A stretch of DNA of 64,000 bases from positions 119,843 to 183,842 of the IMG/VR virus record IMGVR_UViG_3300009126_000404; one strand, 5' to 3'. The translations under genes and the position numbers were made by a program. The notes below the pieces were generated by a model. It searched no databases. It had not been told where the DNA came from and was given only the letters and a program-made list of their open reading frames with translations. Shown here piece after piece: positions 9,533-18,447 of the stretch. Position 1 is the first letter of the stretch. The number at the start of each line of letters is the position of its first letter. This stretch comes from a virus.

Positions 9533-12052
9533 TTATTGTAACTCTTCTGGTATACCAATATCTTGCACTACTTTATTATCTTTAAATCCGTCAATAACAT
9601 ATTTCTGTGCTTCTTTAGTCCAATTCTTTTGCATTGCTTTTAATAGTGATTCAAAACTATTTAAATCTTTACCACTATCAAGTCCTAATTGTTGTGCTAT
9701 TTCATCTGGTTGTTTCCAAGGACCATCTATTGTTTCGTTTTTATTTTTCTTAGTATAGCCTGTGCCTGCTTTATTAGGAACAGGTGTACGTTTAACACGC
9801 AATAACCCTTCTGTTGGGCTCCACATTAAACGTCTAGTTTCCATTGCACGACCGTCTTCTAACTTAGCATCACTTTCATCTCTATTGTGAACTGCGGCCA
9901 ATGTTGCAATCATAATGTTACGATAAACACCTTTGTATTTTGAATCATCTTCATGTGGTGTATGATAATATGTTTTTAGCCAACCTGGATCTCCTGGCAT
10001 AAAGTCAACCTGTACAAATCCTGTACGTGGTCTACCTTCAGGATCTACTTTGCTTTTATCAAAGTTTTGTATTTTTACTTTTGTCATAACAACACTAGTT
10101 TTTCTAATATCACTGACAAGTGGATTTTTATTAAGAGCTTCAATAAACGCTGGAATCTCTTCTGGTGCTATTTTCAACGCTACATCAATATCACCACTAA
10201 ATTGTTTTTTGCCTACACTGCCTAATGTATTATTTTGTAAATCAATACCTAACGACTTTTCTAATTGTTCTAATGTTGGTTTAATCTCATCAATATGTAC
10301 TGTTCCAACACCTGGCATTGCTCCGCCCTCGTTTAATACAAAGTATTTTGTAATTAAATTTTCATTTTCAAATGTACCATATTTTTCTACCCATTTGTAT
10401 AAATTTGTTTTCCAGTATGGACTTTGACTTCCGTAATCCCAATGTTTCTTTTTCTTCTTATTTTTATTATTCTTGCCCGTTGGCGGTGGTGGGCCACCTG
10501 CGGCGCCACCTGGTGGTGCTAATGGTGATATCTCTGGATGTATATCTGGTCTATAAGTTGGTACGAATTTTGGACCGGTCTGAGGAATTTCTTTAGTCGT
10601 AATATCTGGATGTCTACCTGGTGTTTCAGGTGGAATATATGGCTTCGCATCTGGTTCTACTTTAGTTGGTTCCTTTTTAGGCTCTACCTTAGGTTCCTTT
10701 TTAGGTTCTATTTTTGGTTCCTTCTTAGGCTCTAATTTTGGTTCCTTCTTAGGTTCTATTTTTGGTTCCTTTTTAGGTTCTATTTTTGGTTCCGTCGCTG
10801 GTGGTTCTACTGGCATTCCTGGTTTTCCAGGCTCAACAGGTGGTTTTCCTGGATCATTCCAACCTGGTTTAATTCGAGTTGGAATAGAGTTAGGGTTCTG
10901 TCCTGGCTTCCATTTTATAGGATCAGGTACTTCAACAGGTGGCTCAATTGCTGGTGGTACAAATGGAATAACTTTTGGATCACTGCCAGGTTCTGGTATT
11001 GGGCCTTTTCCTGGTTCATGTGGAGTAATTTCTGGATCATTTGCTGGTTCTGGTTGTCCTATGCCTGGAGGAAAAATTGGTACAATTTTCGGTTGTGGTA
11101 CTAATTTGGGTAATGGATCAGCTTCAGGTTCAGGTTGTGTTATTGGTCCTACTCCTGGTTCATGTGGAGTAATTGGAACGGGTGCTGTACTTGCTATTAT
11201 TTTATCTATTTGCTGAGTTTGTGTAGCTACTTCTGTTGTAGTTGCAGGACTTTTAACTATTTGTGTTACTAATTCGTAAAGCAAATAAGCATCTAAGGCA
11301 AGTAATCCAGCATTTGCTACAATCATACCTGGACCTGTAATTGCGGTTGCACCTGTTACTGTAGCATGTCTTAATCCTAGTTTTACTAAAAATCTTGAAA
11401 TTAAACTCTTTGCAGTTTTCTTTTCTGTTTGAGTTGCTATTTTTTTCGCTAACTCTTTTGCAACTTTTTCATCAATTTCTGTTTGAGTTAATACTTTTTT
11501 AGTGTTAAAATCAATTACAACTGCTGGTTTTACAATTTTATGTGTTACAACACGTGGTTTAAAATTAGGTGTATCAGGTAATTTAAGTGCTGGATCGGCT
11601 TCTGCTAATAATTTAATAGACTCAAATACTAACTTACCTTGCGTACTGTCTAATGAATAATCATGTGATTGAATTTCAAATTCTTTATTTGATGTCTTAA
11701 AATTTTTCTTACGCATTACTGTTTTAGCAACAAGATCAAGTTCGTTATTAACTGAATCCCAACGTAAAGCAAAAGGTACATTGACATCTGTAGCTAGGTC
11801 TTTTAGAACTGCTTCTGTATTTGGTCCTAATTCTGCTATAGGTTTGCCCCATTTTTTGTATTCTTGCTTGAATAAACGAGTAAGCTCACTCGCTGTAATT
11901 TGTTTTACATTACGCTCATCATTTACTCTGCTTAGAAAATGACGGGTGAATTCTACATCAATTCCGACTTTTGCAAATAATCTGTCTGCAAAAACCTCTA
12001 ATTGATCTAATTCTGTCTGTGATAAGGGTTTGTCTACTTCGTTTATTCTCAT
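9533..12052 (-). CDS. Multidomain protein: tag MRINEV, N-terminal domain, hydrophobic helix, Pro/Lys repeat linker, C-terminal pol-beta-type nucleotidyltransferase-like domain
   Basis: GSVGKKQFSGDIDV (GS...DxD) and later VQVDF; EPKx repeats. Confidence 0.75.
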   Translation of the reverse strand: MRINEVDKPLSQTELDQLEVFADRLFAKVGIDVEFTRHFLSRVNDERNVKQITASELTRLFKQEYKKWGKPIAELGPNTEAVLKDLATDVNVPFALRWDSVNNELDLVAKTVMRKKNFKTSNKEFEIQSHDYSLDSTQGKLVFESIKLLAEADPALKLPDTPNFKPRVVTHKIVKPAVVIDFNTKKVLTQTEIDEKVAKELAKKIATQTEKKTAKSLISRFLVKLGLRHATVTGATAITGPGMIVANAGLLALDAYLLYELVTQIVKSPATTTEVATQTQQIDKIIASTAPVPITPHEPGVGPITQPEPEADPLPKLVPQPKIVPIFPPGIGQPEPANDPEITPHEPGKGPIPEPGSDPKVIPFVPPAIEPPVEVPDPIKWKPGQNPNSIPTRIKPGWNDPGKPPVEPGKPGMPVEPPATEPKIEPKKEPKIEPKKEPKLEPKKEPKIEPKKEPKVEPKKEPTKVEPDAKPYIPPETPGRHPDITTKEIPQTGPKFVPTYRPDIHPEISPLAPPGGAAGGPPPPTGKNNKNKKKKKHWDYGSQSPYWKTNLYKWVEKYGTFENENLITKYFVLNEGGAMPGVGTVHIDEIKPTLEQLEKSLGIDLQNNTLGSVGKKQFSGDIDVALKIAPEEIPAFIEALNKNPLVSDIRKTSVVMTKVKIQNFDKSKVDPEGRPRTGFVQVDFMPGDPGWLKTYYHTPHEDDSKYKGVYRNIMIATLAAVHNRDESDAKLEDGRAMETRRLMWSPTEGLLRVKRTPVPNKAGTGYTKKNKNETIDGPWKQPDEIAQQLGLDSGKDLNSFESLLKAMQKNWTKEAQKYVIDGFKDNKVVQDIGIPEELQ
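10669..10793 (-). repeat. 12-bp-unit coding tandem repeat encoding (EPKK/EPKI/EPKL/EPKV) about 10 times
   Basis: Visible degenerate repeats such as ggttccttcttaggttctatttttggttcc; boundaries approximate. Confidence 0.85.
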
Positions 12053-12083
12053 ACAACTATTTATGCCAAAACGTATATTGATA

Positions 12084-12467
12084 TTACCAATAGAATACAG
12101 CTTGGTAGGTTATTAAATAAGTTATTAATGTATATGTAGCATAATGAGCTATTTGATCAAATGTTTGTACTCTCCAAAATGCAGGAGTAAGTCTTTTTAT
12201 ATTAAATTTATGATTAAAATTTGCTTTGCCACAATCTATATGCCAGTGAGCTACATAATCTAACATTGCATAACCTAGTGCTAATATTGGACTGACCCAA
12301 AATAATAATACTATAAATGTTAAAATTCCATGGTCTAATGAATGTAAATGTAATCCTTTATTAAAATATTGTCGTTTACCTGATGGTTTTCTAAAAGATT
12401 GAATGGCTAAGTCAGCTACTGCATGTTTACACATTAATACAAACAGTAATAAAAGTTGGTCTTCCAT
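12084..12467 (-). CDS. DUF3307-like membrane protein
   Basis: HAVADLAIQ, HWHID and DQIAH motifs within hydrophobic helices. Confidence 0.7.
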   Translation of the reverse strand: MEDQLLLLFVLMCKHAVADLAIQSFRKPSGKRQYFNKGLHLHSLDHGILTFIVLLFWVSPILALGYAMLDYVAHWHIDCGKANFNHKFNIKRLTPAFWRVQTFDQIAHYATYTLITYLITYQAVFYW

Positions 12468-12689
12468 TTATTCTATTGGCTTTTCACCTGTTAGGCGAGG
12501 TCTTGCAAACCATAATTTAAACCAGGCTTCTGTACCTGGCTGTATATTTCTATCTCTTTGAATTTTACCTTTAGCAGAACCGATAATACTAATATTACTA
12601 CCCTCAGGAGCTTTCTCTCCTAGTTTATTTCCTTGCTTATCAGTTATTCCTGCTAAGTATTTTAATCTGTAAACTTCATCTTGTGTCAT
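12468..12689 (-). CDS. Small hypothetical protein (RLKYLAGI motif)
   Basis: ORF track; coupled overlaps. Confidence 0.7.
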   Translation of the reverse strand: MTQDEVYRLKYLAGITDKQGNKLGEKAPEGSNISIIGSAKGKIQRDRNIQPGTEAWFKLWFARPRLTGEKPIE

Positions 12690-13027
12690 TAATGTGCTCC
12701 TAGAAATCTTTTATTACATCCACACTTGCAACCTGCTTTGCAATCACAGTCTATAACTTTGTGCCCACATGAACATATTTCTTTTTGAAAACTATCTAAT
12801 GCTCTAGCATAAGATGAAGTCCCAAGTCTAACGTGTGCTTTATTTTTAACTGGCTCATAATCATTATCAGATACCCATTCAATTTGCTCTGGATCATGTG
12901 TTCGTTTTGAGCCACAATGAGTACAGAATAATTCTGTTGGAATCCATTTGTCTGATGCCGCTACTGACCAAAATCCATTACATGATTGACAAGTAAAATG
13001 CCATATTGTTTCTTTATAAACTTGCAT
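12689..13027 (-). CDS. Zn-ribbon protein with Cys-rich metallothionein-like C-terminus
   Basis: CQSC...CTHC, then CSCGHKVIDCDCKAGCKCGC. Confidence 0.7.
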   Translation of the reverse strand: MQVYKETIWHFTCQSCNGFWSVAASDKWIPTELFCTHCGSKRTHDPEQIEWVSDNDYEPVKNKAHVRLGTSSYARALDSFQKEICSCGHKVIDCDCKAGCKCGCNKRFLGAH

Positions 13028-13146
13028 TATCTAATTCTTCTTCTAATTCAGCAATTAACTTAGCAAATCTTTGTTTCTCAACACAATTAATTTTATGTGC
13101 TTCGTATATATTTTTATAATTTACTAACAAAAGTTCCATGGTTTTT

Positions 13147-13761
13147 TTACTTAATTGCACTGTCCTTCTCAAATATCTTTTCTTCTCGTTCACAAGTATT
13201 TGATTCTTGTGTTACTTGGCCTGCTTTAAACTGTTCTAACCCTTGTTGTACTTTTGATAATGGGTCTTCGTCTGCTTGATACTTAATTCCAATTCCACCA
13301 CTACTTTGCCAACGTTGAATATTTTTACCTAAATCGTCAATTAATATGTTTGGTGTCCCGTCTGCTTGTTTAGCATATGAAGTTTTATCACCAACTATAT
13401 GAATATCAGTTGGTTTAATTTTTAATTTTCTTCCAATCCAATCTATCTTATGCATTTTACTATTAGCATGATCATTTCTTAAAGGTGAACTTAATATTTT
13501 ATATGAGCCAAAGAAATTTATAACCATTTGAATTAATTTATCTGCTGTAGGAAATTTTGGTAATTGAGCGAAGAAGTCTGTGCCTATCATTTTATCTAAT
13601 GTTGGGTCAATATCTGCTGGTGGAATATCTTTATAGTTTCCTGTTTTAATACCTGCTAGTTTAGCCCATTCTTCAAAGAAGTTTGCTAATACGCCATCCA
13701 TGTCAATATAAACAATTGGTTCGCTTTTTGGCTCTTCATTTATTATATCATTAATTAGCAT
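13147..13761 (-). CDS. 5'(3')-nucleotidase, HAD superfamily (NT5C-like), with tag MLINDIINE
   Basis: YIDMDGVLANF motif I; ILIDD motif IV. Confidence 0.85.
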   Translation of the reverse strand: MLINDIINEEPKSEPIVYIDMDGVLANFFEEWAKLAGIKTGNYKDIPPADIDPTLDKMIGTDFFAQLPKFPTADKLIQMVINFFGSYKILSSPLRNDHANSKMHKIDWIGRKLKIKPTDIHIVGDKTSYAKQADGTPNILIDDLGKNIQRWQSSGGIGIKYQADEDPLSKVQQGLEQFKAGQVTQESNTCEREEKIFEKDSAIK

Positions 13762-14476
13762 ATACTTCTCCAGTTTCTATATAAGACCATATCTTCTTAA
13801 GTAATTTTTTTATAACAGGGTGACTACTGTCAAACCCAAATACTGAGAAATAAGCAAATAAATTAGGAGACAATAAATTCTCTTTCTCTCTGTATTGTGC
13901 AGTTTTTCCTGCCATACGTAATAATGTAAGAGCAGTTTCTTTATCTGTTTTACGTACTAATTCACTAGCGATGTTTTTAGCATACGCCTCTATTTCATCA
14001 TCGTTTCCTAAATATTCTCTAGATTTTTTTATTTTATCTGATAATCCTTTTACAGGTCTAAACTCACGTTGCTTTTTAAACCCTCTTTGTCGATATTGAT
14101 TTTTATGAATTAATTCATGTTCTAATACATCAATAAGTCTATTCTTAATATTGTTTACTCCTTCTGTACTAAAAGCAATTGTTTTATCTTTGTCAGAAAA
14201 TAATAAATCAATTTCAAAATGATCAAATCCTTCTTCATCTTCAACAGGATCATAAGAGGCATTCATATTCATATCGCCTTCTCCTACATTTTTAGATTGT
14301 GCAAATCCTACTTCATCAACACCTATTGAATTTAACTCAACTTGTAATTTTTTAGCAATATTTTTAAAGGAAATTTCTTTACCTGATCCAATAAAGGTTA
14401 AAAAAGGTGACAAGGCTGATTCAATATCTTGTCTAGTAATTAATTCGTTTTCATTTATTATATCATTAATTAACAT
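13751..14476 (-). CDS. Putative zincin metalloprotease with tag MLINDIINE
   Basis: EHELIH (HExxH) with downstream EIEAYA third ligand. Confidence 0.6.
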   Translation of the reverse strand: MLINDIINENELITRQDIESALSPFLTFIGSGKEISFKNIAKKLQVELNSIGVDEVGFAQSKNVGEGDMNMNASYDPVEDEEGFDHFEIDLLFSDKDKTIAFSTEGVNNIKNRLIDVLEHELIHKNQYRQRGFKKQREFRPVKGLSDKIKKSREYLGNDDEIEAYAKNIASELVRKTDKETALTLLRMAGKTAQYREKENLLSPNLFAYFSVFGFDSSHPVIKKLLKKIWSYIETGEVYAN

Positions 14477-16185
14477 TTTTTTAAATCCTGGTTTTCATCT
14501 AAAGATAATTTAGCCGCAATTGCCATTTGTCTTTTCTTTGCTTTGCTTTTACCTTTGAATTGTGGTGCATCACTTTTATAAAAGTCTTTAATAACATCAC
14601 TCATTGAAGTGTTTTTTGTTATTTTTTCATTAGTAACACTTGGTATTAGTACTTCTGGCATTTTTATATTAGAAATATCTTTGCCCATACTGTCTTTGTA
14701 TGCGTTAGCAAGTCTACTACGTTCGTTAGGATCATCTGTTCTATAGAATTGATTTGCAATGGCCATATCAGCAACTATCATGTCTGCTGGTGCTTCTATT
14801 ATTATTGGCTTGTAATAACCTATCTTTTTAAAATCTTTGTTTGTTAAACTATAAAATGTACTTTCCCATTTATCAGGATGTAATGCAAATCCTCCATTAC
14901 GTTCTGGAACTATCTCTGCTAATGGATCTGCTCCTTGATGGAACTTTCCTAATTTATATAAACGAACTAACATTCCTTCTGCAATAGGCTTTTTTAAATA
15001 ATATTCTAATCTACCTCGTTCTGTAGACAAGTCTGAATCTTCTTTTAATAAATCATCTTTTGTAGCAGTAAAATTACTTTGCTTCCATTGTTGTTTTAAT
15101 TTATTAAGTGTTGCACCCATTTCTGGACCTGGCTTCATACCTTTAGCAATTAAGTCTGCACCTGTTATAGGAAAGTCTGGAACATTGGCAGTAACCGCAT
15201 GATCAGCCATTTTACTTTGTCCTTGTAACTCTGCTAATGCTTGAATTTTTTCTTTTTCTACTCCATCAGCAATCATGTGTTCTACTTTAGTTTTATCAAG
15301 TGTATTGTTTTTATTCTTAACTAAAAAGTCTAATAGTACTGCTTCATTATTGCTTAACTTCCAACGCTTTGCTATATCTACACTATTACCTAATTGTGCT
15401 AATGCTACAATAGGATTACCTCTGTCTTTTACTTTAGTTAAGTCATTTGTTGCCAATCCTATGATTTTACTTACACCTGCTTTTTCCATCATTGCTAATA
15501 CACTTGCAACATTTTGTCCTGCAAGTAATTTACTCATTTCTTGCCAAACACGTTCAGCACTTATTTGTGTTAATCCTTTTGCATGTGTACTAATTGAATT
15601 TAATGTATCTCCATCCCATGTAGGCGTTGATAATCTACCTTGGAAACGAAAGTAACGTAATATTCGTAAATAATCTTCTGTAATTCTTTCTTCTGGATCG
15701 CCTACAAATTTACTTACTTTATCTTGTAAATCATCCATACCATTAAAGTAATCATATACATTACCATCAATATCCATACTCATAGCATTGTATGTTAGGT
15801 CTCTGCGTTTAGCATCTTCTTCCCAACTACGCACAAATTCAACTTCAGCATGTCTGCCGTCAGTTTCTTTGTCTGCTCTTAGTGTTGTTATCTCAAATGG
15901 TTTGCTGTCTATGATTGCTGTAATAGTACCATGTTCTAAACCTGTTGGTTTATATGATATACCTGCTTTATCAAGTATAGCAATCATTTCATCTGGTGTG
16001 GCGTCTGTAGCGAAGTCAATATCTTTAGGTGATTTTCCTAGTGCAATATCTCGTACTGCACCACCTACTATTCGCATTTCGTGATTGTTGTCTTTAAATA
16101 CTTTGTCAAGAGTTTGTATAGGCGTAGATATAATAGGTTTTATATTTAATCTTTCCTCGTATATAAGTAATTCACCGATACGCAT
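14470..16185 (-). CDS. cca: Class II tRNA nucleotidyltransferase (CCA-adding enzyme) with N-terminal tag and extra C-terminal modules
   Basis: VGGAVRD, DIDFAT, RRDLTYNAM, EDYLRILRYFRF, ISAERVWQE, GPEMG. A poly(A) polymerase cannot be excluded by eye. Confidence 0.85.
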   Translation of the reverse strand: MRIGELLIYEERLNIKPIISTPIQTLDKVFKDNNHEMRIVGGAVRDIALGKSPKDIDFATDATPDEMIAILDKAGISYKPTGLEHGTITAIIDSKPFEITTLRADKETDGRHAEVEFVRSWEEDAKRRDLTYNAMSMDIDGNVYDYFNGMDDLQDKVSKFVGDPEERITEDYLRILRYFRFQGRLSTPTWDGDTLNSISTHAKGLTQISAERVWQEMSKLLAGQNVASVLAMMEKAGVSKIIGLATNDLTKVKDRGNPIVALAQLGNSVDIAKRWKLSNNEAVLLDFLVKNKNNTLDKTKVEHMIADGVEKEKIQALAELQGQSKMADHAVTANVPDFPITGADLIAKGMKPGPEMGATLNKLKQQWKQSNFTATKDDLLKEDSDLSTERGRLEYYLKKPIAEGMLVRLYKLGKFHQGADPLAEIVPERNGGFALHPDKWESTFYSLTNKDFKKIGYYKPIIIEAPADMIVADMAIANQFYRTDDPNERSRLANAYKDSMGKDISNIKMPEVLIPSVTNEKITKNTSMSDVIKDFYKSDAPQFKGKSKAKKRQMAIAAKLSLDENQDLKKC

Positions 16186-16194
16186 ATTAAGTCC

Positions 16195-17490
16195 TTATTT
16201 AAAGCCATACTTTTGAGCTACACCCAGTAAATTTGAATCCCAATAATTACCTTTGTTTAAGTTACTCCAATAACTTTTAAGTTTACCACCCTTTTTCTTA
16301 TCTTTCTTCTTAGGTTTTTCTTTTGGTTTTATTTTTTTGTTTGCTACTTTTTTAGCTACTACTTTAGAACTAGTGGCACCTGCTGCCGGAGCTATATCTG
16401 TCTTTTTAGCAGTTTGTTTAGAAGTTTGTTTAGCGGTTACTTTAGCGGCTGTTGAAGTTGCCGCCGGTGTTGTACTAATTTTAACTTTTTTAGCCTTAGC
16501 CGCATCATCTGCCGCCTTTTGTAACTTATCATCTACTTTGCCTTTTAACTTATCAACTGCTTTAGTTGTTGCTTTAGTTGCCGTTGAAGTTGCCGCCGGT
16601 GCTGTTGAGTGTGGCATTACATCTTTTACTTTTTTAGATGTTGTTTTAGTTGTTACTTTAGCGGCTGTTGAAGTTGCCGCTGGTGTTGTATCAACTTTAA
16701 CTTTTTGTGCTTTTTTTATTAAAGCATCATCTGCTTTCTTATTGATTTGTTTAGCTGTTGCATCACTGGCTGCTTTTGCTAATTTTGGATCTACTTTACC
16801 TTTTAATTTATCAACTGCTTTAGTTGTTGTTTTAGCAACTGCTGTTGATACTGGAGCAGTAGTCGTTTTATTAATTGCTGTAGCTATTGAAGAAGAAGGC
16901 GAAGATAAATCTAAAATTTTCTGTTTAATCTTAGCGGCATGTGGTGAATCAATTCTAGTTACTGTTGCTTTACCATCTACACCTGCAATGAATTTACCTT
17001 TTGATGTTGTTATAGTATCGCCTGGCTTTGCTGTTTGTACAACTTTTTTAGATGTTGTAGTTGTTGCTGTACTTCCCACTGATGCATTAGAAACTTTATT
17101 AATACCTTTAGGAACTTCTACATTTTTTGGAGTTGGAATATCTGCTGTTTTCTTTTGAGCTATTTTAGCTGCCTTTTTGGATTTATAAATTTTCTTACCT
17201 ACTTTATAACCTTTACCTATTACCTTACCAAGTACTCCGCCTGCTATTGTTATTGCTACGTCGGTTCCTACTCGAGTGGCTAATTCTGCTTTAGTAATTT
17301 CACCTCTCTCATATTGCTTTTTTGCTTGATATGTATCGTATGCAGTCCACGCCGCACCACCTGCCCATAATGCAACAGGTATTAATGGTAAAAACTCAAG
17401 AATAACTTGTCGTTCATCTTTATTAACACCTCGTTCTTTTAAAATTGTATCTGCGGGTAGGTCTTTTTCTACCAAATTGGCTATTCTCAT
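16195..17490 (-). CDS. Protein with tag MRIANLVE, hydrophobic N-terminal helices and Ala/Thr/Lys-rich repeats
   Basis: ORF track 16195..17523; ATG 17490 follows late promoter and AGGAG. Confidence 0.8.
   Translation of the reverse strand: MRIANLVEKDLPADTILKERGVNKDERQVILEFLPLIPVALWAGGAAWTAYDTYQAKKQYERGEITKAELATRVGTDVAITIAGGVLGKVIGKGYKVGKKIYKSKKAAKIAQKKTADIPTPKNVEVPKGINKVSNASVGSTATTTTSKKVVQTAKPGDTITTSKGKFIAGVDGKATVTRIDSPHAAKIKQKILDLSSPSSSIATAINKTTTAPVSTAVAKTTTKAVDKLKGKVDPKLAKAASDATAKQINKKADDALIKKAQKVKVDTTPAATSTAAKVTTKTTSKKVKDVMPHSTAPAATSTATKATTKAVDKLKGKVDDKLQKAADDAAKAKKVKISTTPAATSTAAKVTAKQTSKQTAKKTDIAPAAGATSSKVVAKKVANKKIKPKEKPKKKDKKKGGKLKSYWSNLNKGNYWDSNLLGVAQKYGFK
16370..16850 (-). repeat. Coding repeats: (T/A)PAATSTA(A/T)K x3-4 and KAVDKLKGKVDxKLxKAAxDA x2
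   Basis: gctgttgaagttgccgc-type DNA repeats visible; boundaries approximate. Confidence 0.8.
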
Positions 17491-17538
17491 AACTGATAAG
17501 TCTCCTATGTAACTATTTATCAATTAATGATATTATGT

Positions 17539-17823
17539 TTATAATATAAACAGTTGTATGAATGCCCAGGTGTTCATAATTGTAAACCATGAAACTAATA
17601 ATATCGCTGTACTTCCACGTCTGTATGTACTAATAAGTGCTAACATACTTCCGAAAAGATATAATGGAACAAATATTCTGGTTGCTGGGTCTAAGATTGT
17701 AAAGGCTAGTACTGCACTTCCTGTTACTAATAGTATGGTTTCTGCTAATTCAGCATAGAATGCTAATTTATCTTCGTAACTCTTTTTAAAAAATCGATAT
17801 ATATTTTTAAGAATTTCTACCAT
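17539..17823 (-). CDS. Small multi-pass membrane protein
   Basis: Three hydrophobic helices; GAGG SD. Confidence 0.7.
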   Translation of the reverse strand: MVEILKNIYRFFKKSYEDKLAFYAELAETILLVTGSAVLAFTILDPATRIFVPLYLFGSMLALISTYRRGSTAILLVSWFTIMNTWAFIQLFIL

Positions 17824-17892
17824 ACACTGTTACCTCTCAGTATTTACCGTCACTGCATGATAGTGCAACAACTACTATTATTATTTTGAAAC

Positions 17893-18447
17893 TTAGGAGA
17901 CGCCGTTCTTACGTAGCCATTCAAATATTTCTTTATTACTAAATTGTGGGCTACGTCTGTGACTTTCTGGAAGAGAGTCCCAATCTCTAAGTGCTGGATG
18001 CGTTTTTTTGCTTTCACTAAAAAATAATCCATAATGCCATCCTTCTTGGATCATTTCGTCACGCCATCTATTATGATGCCATTTGTTTAAATCAAATGTA
18101 GCACTTTCTACTACTTCAGGATCAATATCAAGTTCAACATCTTGCATTATATCATATTGATTTGATATTTCTATATTAAAATCTGGAACAAATTTATAAT
18201 CCCAAGCGGCTACAATAATTGCGGCCTCTTCTTGTGTTAAATCTCTTATTAATGGTATCGTATATGTATGTGGAAATTCTGGGCAATTTGGGTCTTCGCC
18301 GTATTCCATTGCTACTTCGTGATCACCTTGTTGATATGAAAAAACAATGCCCTCTGGACCGAAACGTTTACAAATTCCTAACCAGTCCTTTGCAGTTTCA
18401 CTGTCCAGCGGGTTTGCCGTTTTTAACATTGCGTGATGTTGATACAT
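17893..18447 (-). CDS. Protein with C-terminal RyR-domain-like motif
   Basis: HNRWRDEMIQEGWHYG...KKTHPALRDWDSLPE matches the HxxW...GWxYG...KxHPxL..Y/WxxL pattern. Confidence 0.75.
   Translation of the reverse strand: MYQHHAMLKTANPLDSETAKDWLGICKRFGPEGIVFSYQQGDHEVAMEYGEDPNCPEFPHTYTIPLIRDLTQEEAAIIVAAWDYKFVPDFNIEISNQYDIMQDVELDIDPEVVESATFDLNKWHHNRWRDEMIQEGWHYGLFFSESKKTHPALRDWDSLPESHRRSPQFSNKEIFEWLRKNGVS

Noticed and set aside
10669-10793. Short tandem repeats as a possible CRISPR array or mobile element
   Set aside because: In-frame coding repeats without unique spacers; no CRISPR array, cas, integrase or transposase recognised in the window.
16337-17158. 273-aa plus-strand ORF
   Set aside because: Antisense shadow of the Ala/Thr/Lys-rich minus-strand gene; no SD or promoter. 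The same applies to most short plus-strand ORFs in the track outside 36425..39991.
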